NCBI GenBank assembly: GCA_964348765.1
Contig: CAYGEE010000003.1
Location: 1 to 46,057 of the forward strand
Reading direction: 5' to 3'
DNA: 46,057 nt
DNA from: an uncultured Planctomycetales bacterium
Lineage (GTDB): Bacteria; Omnitrophota; Gorgyraeia; Zapsychrales; Zapsychraceae
The translations under genes and the position numbers were made by a program. Shown in pieces: positions 45,979 through 46,057 of this stretch. How positions within the stretch are numbered: position 1 is the stretch's first letter; every line of letters begins with the position of its first letter. Under the pieces are notes generated by a model that saw only the letters and a list, made by a program, of their open reading frames with translations, searched no databases and was not told the origin of the DNA.

Positions 45979-46057
45979 TGTGTCATTGCCTGCCCTGGCC
46001 AGGAAAAAAGAAATATCTGGCAGACCAGGGCGAGCGCTTTTTGCGAAGCAATCTTTT
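45979..46057. repeat. Nested-palindrome repeat, copy 6 (truncated by the window edge; interrupted by an inserted hairpin)
   Basis: tgtgtcattgc[ctgccctggccaggaaaaaagaaatatctggcagaccaggg]cgagcgctttttgcgaagcaatctttt. The bracketed ~41 nt splits the conserved cattgc|gagcg box. Confidence 0.8.

Noticed and set aside
3333-46057. Could the six repeat copies be a CRISPR array or IS/transposon ends?
   Set aside because: The copies are kilobases apart and internally palindromic. They are not arranged as a regular repeat-spacer array, and no cas, transposase or integrase gene is present. They fit REP/MITE-like elements better.

Overview
The window is almost entirely coding (42 CDS, roughly 40% GC by eye). 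It is one very large cell-surface glycan biosynthesis and modification locus from a bacterium I cannot identify. I saw no rRNA, tRNA, CRISPR array, transposase, integrase or phage genes. 39 CDS lie on the minus strand in tightly coupled arrays with many ATGA, GTGA and TAATG stop/start overlaps. A 3-gene plus-strand island (9331-13179: MBOAT acyltransferase, DltD/SGNH-like partner, GT2) interrupts them. In transcription order (right to left) the minus strand carries: (1) a wHTH regulator, rfbF-rfbG (CDP-glucose pathway) and an MsbA-type ABC exporter; (2) a complete pseudaminic-acid set: pseB, pseC, then an AKR, SDR and methyltransferase, then pseF-like, pseG, pseI and a PseH-like GNAT fused to a ~650-aa unknown domain; (3) an ACP-dependent acyl-tailoring module: HMGL-type aldolase, adenylating ligase, VOC protein, methyltransferase, cyclase-family hydrolase, ACP, AAC(3)-fold acyltransferase and a DUF2172/DUF4910-like protein; (4) a putative polyol-phosphate activation module (two Zn-ADHs, Rpe, a TIM-barrel isomerase, two tandem nucleotidyltransferases), a GtrB-GtrA fusion, two large polytopic membrane proteins and a GDPD-like protein; (5) a large unknown protein, two tandem NeuA-like cytidylyltransferases, an SDR epimerase, a methyltransferase, a Gfo/Idh/MocA oxidoreductase and a HisC-like aminotransferase; (6) a truncated gene that I translated by hand because it is missing from the ORF track. 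Three non-coding features stand out. Six copies of a nested-palindrome repeat sit in every long intergenic spacer of the minus-strand array, except one spacer that instead holds inverted arrays of 7-bp repeats. GATC is strongly over-represented across the window. The best candidates for undescribed biology are the acyl-tailoring module attached to the pse genes, the GNAT-fusion and large-protein family, and a teichoic-acid-like logic (CDP-alditol, TagF-like protein, ABC exporter, Dlt-like parts). All functional calls come from motif recognition by eye. No database search was run.
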